64,000 nt of DNA, taken from an uncultured Bacteroidia bacterium. Lineage in GTDB: Bacteria; Bacteroidota; Bacteroidia; Bacteroidales; F082. Numbering within the stretch: the stretch's first letter is position 1; each line of letters starts with the position of its first letter. The translations under genes and the position numbers were made by a program. Location of the stretch: assembly GCA_902774295.1 (NCBI GenBank), contig CACYHP010000004.1, positions 70,489 to 134,488 on the forward strand, in the 5' to 3' direction. A model generated the notes under the pieces. That model searched no databases. It saw nothing but the letters and a program-made list of their open reading frames with translations, and had not been told where the DNA came from. This document shows positions 42,378-51,085 of the stretch, piece after piece.

Positions 42378-42398
42378 AATTTTACACGCAAAATAAAA
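42361..42398 (+). repeat. Tandem 19-nt motif x2, related to 32729-32766
   Basis: AAATACACGCAGAGTAAAA followed by TTTTACACGCAAAATAAAA. The first unit contains the regulator's stop codon. Confidence 0.8.
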
Positions 42399-42421
42399 TT
42401 AATTACCTTTAGAATAAAACG

Positions 42422-42440
42422 ATTTACACGCAAAATAAAA
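42422..42440 (+). repeat. Third copy of the 19-nt motif
   Basis: ATTTACACGCAAAATAAAA. Confidence 0.8.
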
Positions 42441-42460
42441 CGTTTGTCGTATTGTTGTTA

Positions 42461-42468
42461 TATTTTTG
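42461..42468 (+). promoter_or_regulatory. -7 box (TATTTTTG) with no intact downstream gene
   Basis: Matches TAnnTTTG. It is followed by short ORFs and a strong plus-strand terminator at 42759. Confidence 0.35.
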
Positions 42469-42758
42469 CGCGTCTAAAAGATGATGAAAGTAATGAGCAG
42501 AAATATAAACAATATAAGAAAGATGAAGAAAAAACATATTAACCATTTCAATAATACTAATGACGTGCGTGAGCGTCAGCGCACAGGGGAGAAATGACGT
42601 ATTAATCATGATTGGGGCGGAGGTAAATACTCCGACCCAATCAACCCAGGATAGATTGATGCTTTGTCATCATTATTTAGTGCAGGTTATGCAGTAACTT
42701 GCAAATTAAAAAAGAACTAGAGAATAGTTATAAATAGTAAAGTTAAAAAAGTAGTAGT

Positions 42759-42798
42759 GAGAAAGGGATGCCGCCCGGCATCCCTTCTCTTTTTTTTT
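42759..42798 (+). terminator. Strong GC hairpin terminator
   Basis: GAGAAAGGGATGCCG..CGGCATCCCTTCTC followed by T9. Confidence 0.75.
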
Positions 42799-42819
42799 AA
42801 CAATAAACTATTAGTTCTA

Positions 42820-44665
42820 TTATCTGACGATTTTTCTCACTATGGTCTTGCCACTTGTTGTCACACCTTTCACGATGTAAATACCTTGGCTCAACTCATT
42901 GATGTTTTTGGTCTTGACAATCTGTCCGTTGATGTTATGAATCTCAACGATGTTGACGATTGTCTCGTATTCGATTTCCGAAACTGAGGTATGATCAGGG
43001 AGTTCGATGAAGACATAGTCGTCGCCGTTTGGTGTAAGAGCATAGTCTGACTCGCAATCTTCATAAACTGCTGTAAGTTTGAAGACATAATCGCCTGGTT
43101 CAAGCTCTTGATAGTATGAGGTGTAGATTCCGTCTATTTGGATGATTTCCCTTATGCTTTCGCAGTAGAGGTAGTAATAGAGCGGCTGATTTTCTGGTGC
43201 TGTCCAAGATAATACAGCAGCGCTCACATCTGATTCAGGGTTGTAATATGCTTCGCCTTCGAAGTTTGATGGAGCGTAACATGGTGTTGGTGGGGTAGGA
43301 GGTGTCACTTCGCCCATCTCGCCGTTCTGACCGATATTCTGTCCGTACATTCCGCCAGGGCCGCCGCCGGTTGAACCCGTTGAGTTTATCCAGGTGATAA
43401 TGTTCTTTGCTATATGTGCTGGAGCTCATCTGTGTGTTCCAAATTGTGTTTCCGTTCATGTCGAAACCTTCAGCCTCAACAGTTGCCTGGCTTCCGCTTG
43501 TCTGGCTAAGACCTTTGAAATATGTCACAGCGAAACCGCCACCATACTCAAAAGCATCGATCAAATAACCTCCACAAGGTGTTGTGCCGTTGTCGAGCAC
43601 GAGGATTCCGTCGTTCCACAATCTTTCTCCTTCAGGTGTGATGCGGTTTATATAAAGCTTGCATTGTGCCTGATAAGCATCGTCGGTCTGCTCATAGAAG
43701 AGTATGATATCGTGTGTGACAGGGTCCACTGTGGCATCTGCACTGATGTATAAATTGTTGCCGTCTGGTGAGTGTACAGGGACACCATTGGTGTCCATGA
43801 TGGTTGAGGCACCGTTTTGGTTGTAGTGGAACACGTAAACATTGAAGTTGTAAAAGGCTGGATGCCAGATGTAAACGTAGCCGCCTCCCATACCGTCGGA
43901 AATGGCTGAATGGATATATGTCGACTGGAATGTCTGTTCCGCCATCAACAATGTCTCTGGACTGAATTGTGTGCCATCCTGATTATAGCCTGCCACATAT
44001 ATCGATTTGTTGGTGTACATGCCGCTTCCGACCTTTTCGTATGTAACGAAAACTTTGTTGTCGGTGCCCAAAGTGAGCTGTCCGAACATGCATTTCAATC
44101 CGGTATTGTCGGAGATAGTAATGACCGGGCCTGATGTCGCGTTGACATATTGCAGATAGAGGTTGTTGTAGTCGAATCCCAGTGCCCAGATGCCGCCATC
44201 GTCGGTGGCGATGACTTCTGCGCGTGAGAACCCGAGTCCGCCGAAGAGCTGTAAGCCTTGTTCGCCCCATGGGAATGTGCCGTCAGGGTTGATTTTCACT
44301 GCGTAGGTGTGGCCATCATAAGCAGCGAAGCAGCTGACAACGCCGCCATCGGTGGTTGTAGTCATCGAAACGCCTTCAGACATTGTTGAGAACTCATGAG
44401 CAGCGATGTGGATGCCGTTTTCACCCCATTGTGGCTCGCCTGCAAAGTTGAGACGCTGCAAGTTTGGTGACCATCCGTTGCCTCCCACGAAACTCATCCA
44501 TTGGATGTAGGTGTCGCCGGTATTTTGGTTGGTGGCCATGTAAATCTCACCAGCATCAGTCGAGGTGTTGACAATAAATGTGTTGGTAGAAGGGTCGTTG
44601 ACCCATTGGGCTTTAACAGCAAATGTAACTGCCAAAGCGATGACAGAAAATAAAAGTTTTTTCAT
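42820..44665 (-). pseudogene. Frameshifted gene for a T9SS-sorted secreted protein
   Basis: ORF 43235-44665 (signal peptide, repeat-rich body) degenerates into an Arg-rich out-of-frame tail. ORF 42820-43350 continues in another frame and ends in a CTD (IVEIHNINGQIV...GIYIVKGVTTSGKTIVRKIVR). The downstream frame is open back to a TGA at 43426-43428. Confidence 0.65.
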
Positions 44666-44734
44666 ATTGAGTAGTTTTTAACATCGCAAAGTTAGAGAAT
44701 GGAAATGAAAAAATCAAGAAAAAAATAAAAAAAA

Positions 44735-44761
44735 TAGAGACGCCATAGTATGACGTCTCTA
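44735..44761 (-). terminator. Family B hairpin terminator for the MFS gene
   Basis: TAGAGACGCCA-tagta-TGACGTCTCTA, with a T-run on the minus strand. Confidence 0.7.
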
Positions 44762-44783
44762 TAATTATTAATAGGAATTCTTA

Positions 44784-46403
44784 TTATTCCTTGATGTTTG
44801 GCTCTTCCAAGCCAAGGTGTTTCTTCTTGTCAACGACCTTGAGGTAGAGACCGATGAGCAATGCTGCGATGCCGAGGCATGCGAGCATGATTAAAGCCCA
44901 TGTGTAGTTGAGCTCGTCTGGGTTTGTGCCGACAGGGTTGGTGTTTTCAAGAACCTTACCGATGAGCAATGGGAACAGCCACAGACCGATGTTCTGGATC
45001 CAGAAGATCAGAGCGTAAGCTGAACCGATGATCTTTTCGTCGACGAGCTTCGGAACGCTTGGCCACAAAGCTGCGGGGACCAATGAGAATGAGGCTCCGA
45101 GCACCAAGATTGTGATGTAAGCCACAATTGTGCCGCCTGCTGCGCTGCCTTTGAACAATGGCAGGATGAAAGCGAATGTCAAGTGGCAGATAACCAGCAG
45201 GATAGAGCCGATCATAAGCATTGAAGCGGCTTTTCCTTTGTGGTCGACGTAGCTGCCGAGGATAGGGGTGATAGCCACTGCGAGGAGCGGGAACACTGCG
45301 AAGATCGTCTCAGCGGTGCCGCGCATGTAACCCATGTAGCAATAGATAACGAGGGCTACGACAGCGAAAGCCATCAAACCGAATTTCAGACTTTTCTTCT
45401 TTGAGAAGTTGCTTGCGAATGAGCAGACAGCGACGAGCAGCATCACGATGTACTGCACGATGGTCACTGAGCTGCCGCCCCAGAATGTGTTAGGGTCAGC
45501 CTCGACGAGTGTGAGGTTGCATTGGAGCATGTTAACAGCATATTTCTGGAATGGGAAGATTGCTGAGTAGTAAAGCACGCAGAGCAAAGCCACGAGCCAG
45601 AAACCGAGGCTTGACAAAATCTTGCCTATATCGCTGACTTTGAAAGGCTCGTCAACAGCTTCAGCCTCGCCTGTCTGTGAGTCGAGCTTCTTATCCATGA
45701 AGAAATAAACCACAAACATGATGAGGGCGATGCAGAGAAGCACCACACCGAATGCCACTGAACGGCTCACGTTGATGGTTCCGCCGAGTTTTGCGAAGTA
45801 AGGTGAGAAAATCATACATGTGGCGACGCCGAGACGTGCCAAAGCCATCTCTGAACCCATTGCCAATGCTGTTTCACGACCTTTGAACCATTTCACGATA
45901 CCGCGGCTGACAGTGATACCTGCCATCTCAGCGCCGCAGCCGAAAATCATGAAGCCGACAGCTGCCATCTTTGCTGAAGCAGGCATGCCTCTGTAGAACG
46001 GAGAAACGCCAAGTTCTTCAAAAACCGGGATGTAGTTGAGGTTTTCGGTGAACCATTTTTCAAGACCGCTGCCAAAGAAACTCTCGCTGATGGCGTAATA
46101 TTTGATCAAGCCGCCGACGAGCATCACAGCGCCTGACAAAACTGCTGTGAAACGAACTCCCATCTTGTCGAGGATGATACCTGCGAAGATGAGGAAGAAA
46201 ACGAACACGTTTAGGAAGGTCTCAGAACCCTGCATTGTTCCGAATGCGAGGCTGTCCCAACCACGCTGTGTCTGCATCAAGTCTTTGATAGGGGACAAGA
46301 TGTCCATGAAAATGTAGGCGCAGAACATTGCCAACGCCAACAGCAGCAAAGCGATCCATCTCATGGCCGCATTGTCGCGTAAAGTCTGAATTTTTTCTGT
46401 CAT
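44784..46403 (-). CDS. MFS transporter
   Basis: 539 aa, about 12-14 TM helices, MFS-like loop motifs. Confidence 0.7.
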   Translation of the reverse strand: MTEKIQTLRDNAAMRWIALLLLALAMFCAYIFMDILSPIKDLMQTQRGWDSLAFGTMQGSETFLNVFVFFLIFAGIILDKMGVRFTAVLSGAVMLVGGLIKYYAISESFFGSGLEKWFTENLNYIPVFEELGVSPFYRGMPASAKMAAVGFMIFGCGAEMAGITVSRGIVKWFKGRETALAMGSEMALARLGVATCMIFSPYFAKLGGTINVSRSVAFGVVLLCIALIMFVVYFFMDKKLDSQTGEAEAVDEPFKVSDIGKILSSLGFWLVALLCVLYYSAIFPFQKYAVNMLQCNLTLVEADPNTFWGGSSVTIVQYIVMLLVAVCSFASNFSKKKSLKFGLMAFAVVALVIYCYMGYMRGTAETIFAVFPLLAVAITPILGSYVDHKGKAASMLMIGSILLVICHLTFAFILPLFKGSAAGGTIVAYITILVLGASFSLVPAALWPSVPKLVDEKIIGSAYALIFWIQNIGLWLFPLLIGKVLENTNPVGTNPDELNYTWALIMLACLGIAALLIGLYLKVVDKKKHLGLEEPNIKE

Positions 46404-46422
46404 ATCAATATTTATTTAAATG

Positions 46423-49230
46423 TTATTTGTCGGATGGTAATTGAACGATTTCCTTCTTGTATCCCTTCAAAACCTCTTTTGCGAAGTCGGCAATGGTCTG
46501 AGGAGTGATGCTCTTCACGATTTCGTCGTATTCAGCCACGATGTTGACATGGTCTTCTTCGAATTTGTCGAGAGCGTCAAGCCAAAAGCCGTTTTCTTCA
46601 AGATTTTCGGCGCGTTTCTTATAGAGGTTTTCAACGACCTTTGTCAAGTCTTCCTGAGCAGGACCGTTCTGTGCAATATCGTTGAGGCCTTCGTAAACTT
46701 TGTTGATGAGTTTCTCGTGCATTTCCTTGTTTGTGTCGAAAGCGATAAGGAACAAGTAGGCGTTCTTTGGCTTGTCAGTGACCTGACCCATGACGCCGAC
46801 GCCGTATGTGCCGCCTTCTTCCTCACGGATGGTACGTGTGTAGTAGATGTCCATGACATCGCTCAAAGCATTCATATACAACTGGTTACGATAGCTGTAT
46901 TCCATGGTGCCGTTGATAATCATATAAACGGTTGCCTTTGGATTCTGCATATCTTTTTCATATTTGCAGATGTAGTCGTTTTCAGGAATGCTGAGGTTGA
47001 TGTCTTTCCAGCTCTCTTTGCGTTTGTTTTTCTTCATAGATGCCAGATACTGTTCTACTAATGGCTTGAAAGCGTCTTCATCGATGTTTCCTACGAAGTA
47101 GAATATGAAGTTGTTAGGATCGCTGAAGCGGTCTTTGTAGAGCTCCATTGATTTAGCGTAATCAATCTTGTCGATGTCTTCAGCTTTCATTCTCATGCGG
47201 AGCGGATGGTTGTTGTACATGACCTTTACAAGGGAATCAGAGAATGTTATCATTGGGTTGAGTTCTTGATTCTCGAGAGCAGCCTTGTTGCGCTGAGCAT
47301 ACGATTGGAATGCCTCTTCATCTGCGCGAGGTGCTGTGAAGTACAAGTAGATGAGCTGCATCATTGTCTCGAGATCTTTCGGTGAGCAGCTTCCGCTCAT
47401 GCCTTCCGAATAGTTACCGACGTATGGATACACGTGCACTTTCTTGCCTGCGAGCACTTTCGGGAGGTCGGTGGCACTGAAGTTGCCAACGCCGCCGAGT
47501 GTGATGACGTCGTCAAGGTTCTTAAGAGTGATGAAGTCTTCCTGTTTGAGTGCTGAGAGGCCGCCCCAGCTGTTAGCTGTGAAACGGATCTCGTCTTCTT
47601 TGAAGTTGGTCTTCTTATAGAAAACTCTCATGCCATTGCTGAGTGTCAATATCTTGGCGTCGAATGCCGGGCAGTCCACTTCTTTCTTGATTTTGCCAGG
47701 TTTTGGCATGTTCTCGACCATCGGGCCATCGAATGTCTCTTCTTCATAAGGCTCTACAGCCATAGCGTTTGCTGCAGTATAAACTGCAAGAATCTCCTCA
47801 ACTGTCGGGAGAGTCTCACCGTCTTTCTTAGGAGCTGTCACAGTGATGACGAGGTTGTCGTCGTGGATGAGCTGCTGAGCGAACATGTTGATAACTTCAA
47901 GCGGAATGCTCGGGATAATCTGCTGATAGAGAGCATATTCTGTCTCGATGCCCATCATAGGCTCGTTGCTGAGGAAGTTGTTAAGGCATTCGTCGACATA
48001 TTGGTCGTTGTTGGTGTTGTTTCTTTCGTTGTATTGGCTTTCAATCTGTTTGAGGAAGTCGGCTTTTGCTCTTTCATATTCTGAATTTGTGAAACCGAAC
48101 TGGGCCATGCGGTTATTCTCGGTCACGAGAGCTGTGAGAGCCTCGTCGATGCCGGCAGCGTCTTTAGCCATTGCCACGCTGGTCCATGCGTCCTCGGTAG
48201 GAGCGATGTAGTAGTTTGAATAATAGCTGTAACCGTAAACGAATGGAGGGTTGGCTTTTTGCGTGATTTCCTGCAAACGTTTGATTTCCATGCTGCTGAC
48301 GATGCCCATAGCATATTGTCCAATCCAGTAGTTGATGTCGTTTTTCAATGAGTCAGGAGTTGCTTCTGTCTTATAATAAAGGTTGACTCTGTAGTTTGTT
48401 GCCTCTGGATCTGAAGCGATTGCCACGATAGGTTCTTCGTTATCTTCAATCATGAACTGCGGTCTTGGAGCCGGGTTGACTGGGGTCGGGATATCGGTGT
48501 ACATCTCTTTGATGCGTGCCTCGATGGCGTCGACGTCGATGTCACCGACGATGATGATGCCCTGGAGGTCAGGACGATACCATTTGTGATAGTAGTCGCG
48601 GAGTGTCTGATACTCGAAGTTGGCGACGACTTCCGGGAGTCCGCCTGGCAGACGGTTAGCGTAAGGGCTGTTAGGATACATCACAGGAAGGATCTCTTTC
48701 ATGATACGCTCGCTGGCGTCTTCACGTGTGCGGAGCTCTTCAAGGATCACACCGCGTTCGTTGTCAATCTCAGCTTCTTCAAGAGCGATGAAGCTTGACC
48801 AGTCGTGGAGGATGAGCAAGCATGTGTCGACGAGACCAGGGATGTTGGTAGGGACGTTGGTCACCATGTAGACTGTCTGGTCGATGCCGGTGCCTGCATT
48901 GAGGTTTTCACCGAATTTGATACCACGGCTCTGGAGGTATTCGCGTAGTGTCATTCCCGGAAGGTTTGTAGTTCCGTTGAATGCCATGTGCTCGAGGAAG
49001 TGGGCGAGACCGCGTTGGCTCTCTTCTTCAAGGACTGAACCGACCTTCTGTGCGATGTAGAAATCGGCACGCTGGGCTGGTTTCTCGTTGTGACGGATGT
49101 AGTAAGTCATGCCGTTGTCAAGTTTACCGACTCTTACGTTCGGGTCCATCGGACACGGCATCGCCTGCTGGGCGAAACTTGTCACTGCCATTGCGGCAAC
49201 GAACAAGACTGATAAGAATAACTTTTTCAT
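46423..49230 (-). CDS. M16-family (insulinase/pitrilysin-like) zinc peptidase, double-length
   Basis: Signal peptide and the HFLEHMAFNGT inverted zincin motif. 935 aa is consistent with two M16 halves. Confidence 0.85.
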   Translation of the reverse strand: MKKLFLSVLFVAAMAVTSFAQQAMPCPMDPNVRVGKLDNGMTYYIRHNEKPAQRADFYIAQKVGSVLEEESQRGLAHFLEHMAFNGTTNLPGMTLREYLQSRGIKFGENLNAGTGIDQTVYMVTNVPTNIPGLVDTCLLILHDWSSFIALEEAEIDNERGVILEELRTREDASERIMKEILPVMYPNSPYANRLPGGLPEVVANFEYQTLRDYYHKWYRPDLQGIIIVGDIDVDAIEARIKEMYTDIPTPVNPAPRPQFMIEDNEEPIVAIASDPEATNYRVNLYYKTEATPDSLKNDINYWIGQYAMGIVSSMEIKRLQEITQKANPPFVYGYSYYSNYYIAPTEDAWTSVAMAKDAAGIDEALTALVTENNRMAQFGFTNSEYERAKADFLKQIESQYNERNNTNNDQYVDECLNNFLSNEPMMGIETEYALYQQIIPSIPLEVINMFAQQLIHDDNLVITVTAPKKDGETLPTVEEILAVYTAANAMAVEPYEEETFDGPMVENMPKPGKIKKEVDCPAFDAKILTLSNGMRVFYKKTNFKEDEIRFTANSWGGLSALKQEDFITLKNLDDVITLGGVGNFSATDLPKVLAGKKVHVYPYVGNYSEGMSGSCSPKDLETMMQLIYLYFTAPRADEEAFQSYAQRNKAALENQELNPMITFSDSLVKVMYNNHPLRMRMKAEDIDKIDYAKSMELYKDRFSDPNNFIFYFVGNIDEDAFKPLVEQYLASMKKNKRKESWKDINLSIPENDYICKYEKDMQNPKATVYMIINGTMEYSYRNQLYMNALSDVMDIYYTRTIREEEGGTYGVGVMGQVTDKPKNAYLFLIAFDTNKEMHEKLINKVYEGLNDIAQNGPAQEDLTKVVENLYKKRAENLEENGFWLDALDKFEEDHVNIVAEYDEIVKSITPQTIADFAKEVLKGYKKEIVQLPSDK

Positions 49231-49242
49231 TTTTTTTATAAA

Positions 49243-49282
49243 TTAAACTATTAAACTATTAAGCTATAAAACTATTAAGCTA
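49243..49282. repeat. Octanucleotide array, (TTAAACTA/TTAAGCTA) x 5
   Basis: Units at 49243, 49251, 49259, 49267 and 49275. The array includes the rsmG stop. Positions 49248-49267 are the exact reverse complement of 51050-51069. Confidence 0.85.
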
Positions 49283-49906
49283 AAACAAATGAATCACATA
49301 CTTCTCCACAAAATACGACTCCTCATACCATTTCGTAATCGACGTGCTCTTGCGTTTCCAGTTTTTCGGCACGTTGCGGAGCTCTTCCTCGATGTCTCCA
49401 CCTTTTAAATATAAGATGCCACCAGCCTCGATGTCGTTGGTGACACGCAGTTTGTTGTTGCACCATTTCACAAAGTCGGGCAGCTGCGTAACGGCACGGC
49501 TCACTATCACATCGAACTTCTCTTTGATATTCTCGGCACGTTCCTGAATGGCTGTAACATTCTGTAAATCAAGCTGTTCCTTGACATCTTGAACCACTTT
49601 TATCTTTTTGCCGATGCTGTCGACAAGCAAAAAGTTAGTCTGTGGAAACATTATAGCGAGTGGAATGCCAGGGAAGCCGCCTCCAGTGCCAATGTCGATG
49701 ACTTTCATGCCTGGAAGAAGTTCGAAATATTTCGCTATTGCTAAGGAATGAAGGACATGATGCTCGTAAAAATTGTCCATGTCCTTCCTCGAGATGAGGT
49801 TTATTTTGCTGTTCCAGTCACTATAGAGAGGCGCAAGGCGTTCATACTGAGCCATCTGCGTCTCAGTCAGAGCTGGAAAATATTTTTTTATAATCTGACT
49901 ATTCAT
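49280..49906 (-). CDS. rsmG: 16S rRNA (guanine527-N7)-methyltransferase
   Basis: GidB-like: NLISR, DIGTGGGFPGIPLAI. Confidence 0.85.
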   Translation of the reverse strand: MNSQIIKKYFPALTETQMAQYERLAPLYSDWNSKINLISRKDMDNFYEHHVLHSLAIAKYFELLPGMKVIDIGTGGGFPGIPLAIMFPQTNFLLVDSIGKKIKVVQDVKEQLDLQNVTAIQERAENIKEKFDVIVSRAVTQLPDFVKWCNNKLRVTNDIEAGGILYLKGGDIEEELRNVPKNWKRKSTSITKWYEESYFVEKYVIHLF

Positions 49907-49997
49907 AGTTTAATAATCTGGCAAAGATACAAAAAATAATTTATTTTAATAAATTATGTCAAAATAATTTGTAATTTTACACGTTTTTATTTCACCA

Positions 49998-51053
49998 ATG
50001 GCGAGCAAATTCAGATATATTGTATTGTTGGTGCTGTTAATCGGCAGTCTTTTTTCCCATTCCCAAAATACACAGAGGAAGAAGGAAACGCTTGATTATA
50101 TAGACAGATACAAAGATATCGCCATGACCGAGATGGTGAAATACAAAATCCCGGCATCGATAACTCTGGCGCAGGGAATTTTGGAATCCGGTAACGGGAA
50201 AAGCAAACTTGCGACAAAAGGCAACAACCATTTCGGGATAAAATGCCACAACGACTGGAAAGGCAAGACGATGCGGCAAGATGACGATGCTCCGCAAGAG
50301 TGTTTCAGGGTTTATAAAAATGCGGAGGAGTCATATAACGATCACTCAAAATTTTTGAAAAACAGTCCGCGTTATGCATCACTCTTCAAGCTTGAAATCA
50401 CCGATTACAAAGGCTGGGCGAAAGGTTTGAAAAAGGCTGGATACGCTACATCTCCCGTGTATGCCAATGCATTGATAAATCTTATTGAGGACTATGATCT
50501 TCAGCAATATGACCAAATGGTCGTGAAGAAGAAATTCAAGCCTCATAAGAAGAACAAGGAAGAGGTGAAGCCGGCGAAAAAAGAAGAACCGGTGCAGGAG
50601 ATGAAGCCAGCAAAGAAAGCTAAATCAAAGAAAATCAAGAAGAATAAGGCTGTCGTAAACGCAGCGCCAGTCCCAGTGCTGGGAGAATGCATGGTGGTTG
50701 GCATGACTCCAGATCATCATTATATCAGAGAGAATTTCGGCGTGAAGTTCGTTTTGACAAAAGATGGCGACAATCTGGATAATCTTGCTAAGGAATTGAA
50801 AATCAGCAAGAGACAGCTTGTAAAATACAATAATCTTGGAACTAAGACGAAGTTTTCAAGCAACGAGGTGCTTTATATCGGACCGAAACGAAACAAAGCC
50901 GCATCAGGCTATAAGGTTCACGTGATTCAACCGGGAGAGACGCTGTCGCAGGTGTCGCGTCTTTATGCAGTGAAACTTGAGAGACTGTTTAAGATGAATG
51001 GGCTTGACGAGAATTCAGTACTTAGTGTGGGGCAGGAGATTAGGTTAAGATAG
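49998..51053 (+). CDS. Glucosaminidase-domain protein with a Lys-rich linker and C-terminal LysM
   Basis: PASITLAQGILESGNGKS...NNHFGIK matches a mannosyl-glycoprotein endo-beta-N-acetylglucosaminidase domain. The LysM is HVIQPGETLSQVSRLY...L...N. Confidence 0.75.
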   Translation: MASKFRYIVLLVLLIGSLFSHSQNTQRKKETLDYIDRYKDIAMTEMVKYKIPASITLAQGILESGNGKSKLATKGNNHFGIKCHNDWKGKTMRQDDDAPQECFRVYKNAEESYNDHSKFLKNSPRYASLFKLEITDYKGWAKGLKKAGYATSPVYANALINLIEDYDLQQYDQMVVKKKFKPHKKNKEEVKPAKKEEPVQEMKPAKKAKSKKIKKNKAVVNAAPVPVLGECMVVGMTPDHHYIRENFGVKFVLTKDGDNLDNLAKELKISKRQLVKYNNLGTKTKFSSNEVLYIGPKRNKAASGYKVHVIQPGETLSQVSRLYAVKLERLFKMNGLDENSVLSVGQEIRLR

Positions 51054-51085
51054 CTTAATAGTTTAATAGATTAGTAGATTAAAGT
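51050..51085. repeat. Octanucleotide array in inverted orientation, (AGCTTAAT/AGTTTAAT/AGATTAGT/AGATTAAA)
   Basis: Units from 51052. The array spans both the TAG of the glucosaminidase gene and the TAA of uvrA. Confidence 0.85.

Noticed and set aside
42424-42609. 61-aa minus-strand ORF in the spacer after the second AraC gene.
   Set aside because: It has no promoter box or signal features. It lies opposite a plus-strand promoter and terminator unit, so it is probably a chance ORF.
46441-47061. 206-aa ORF antisense to the M16 peptidase gene.
   Set aside because: It is nested antisense within a gene carrying the HxxEH motif. The same reasoning applies to the other antisense ORFs in the track, for example 30255-30830, 24829-25287 and 61112-61564.
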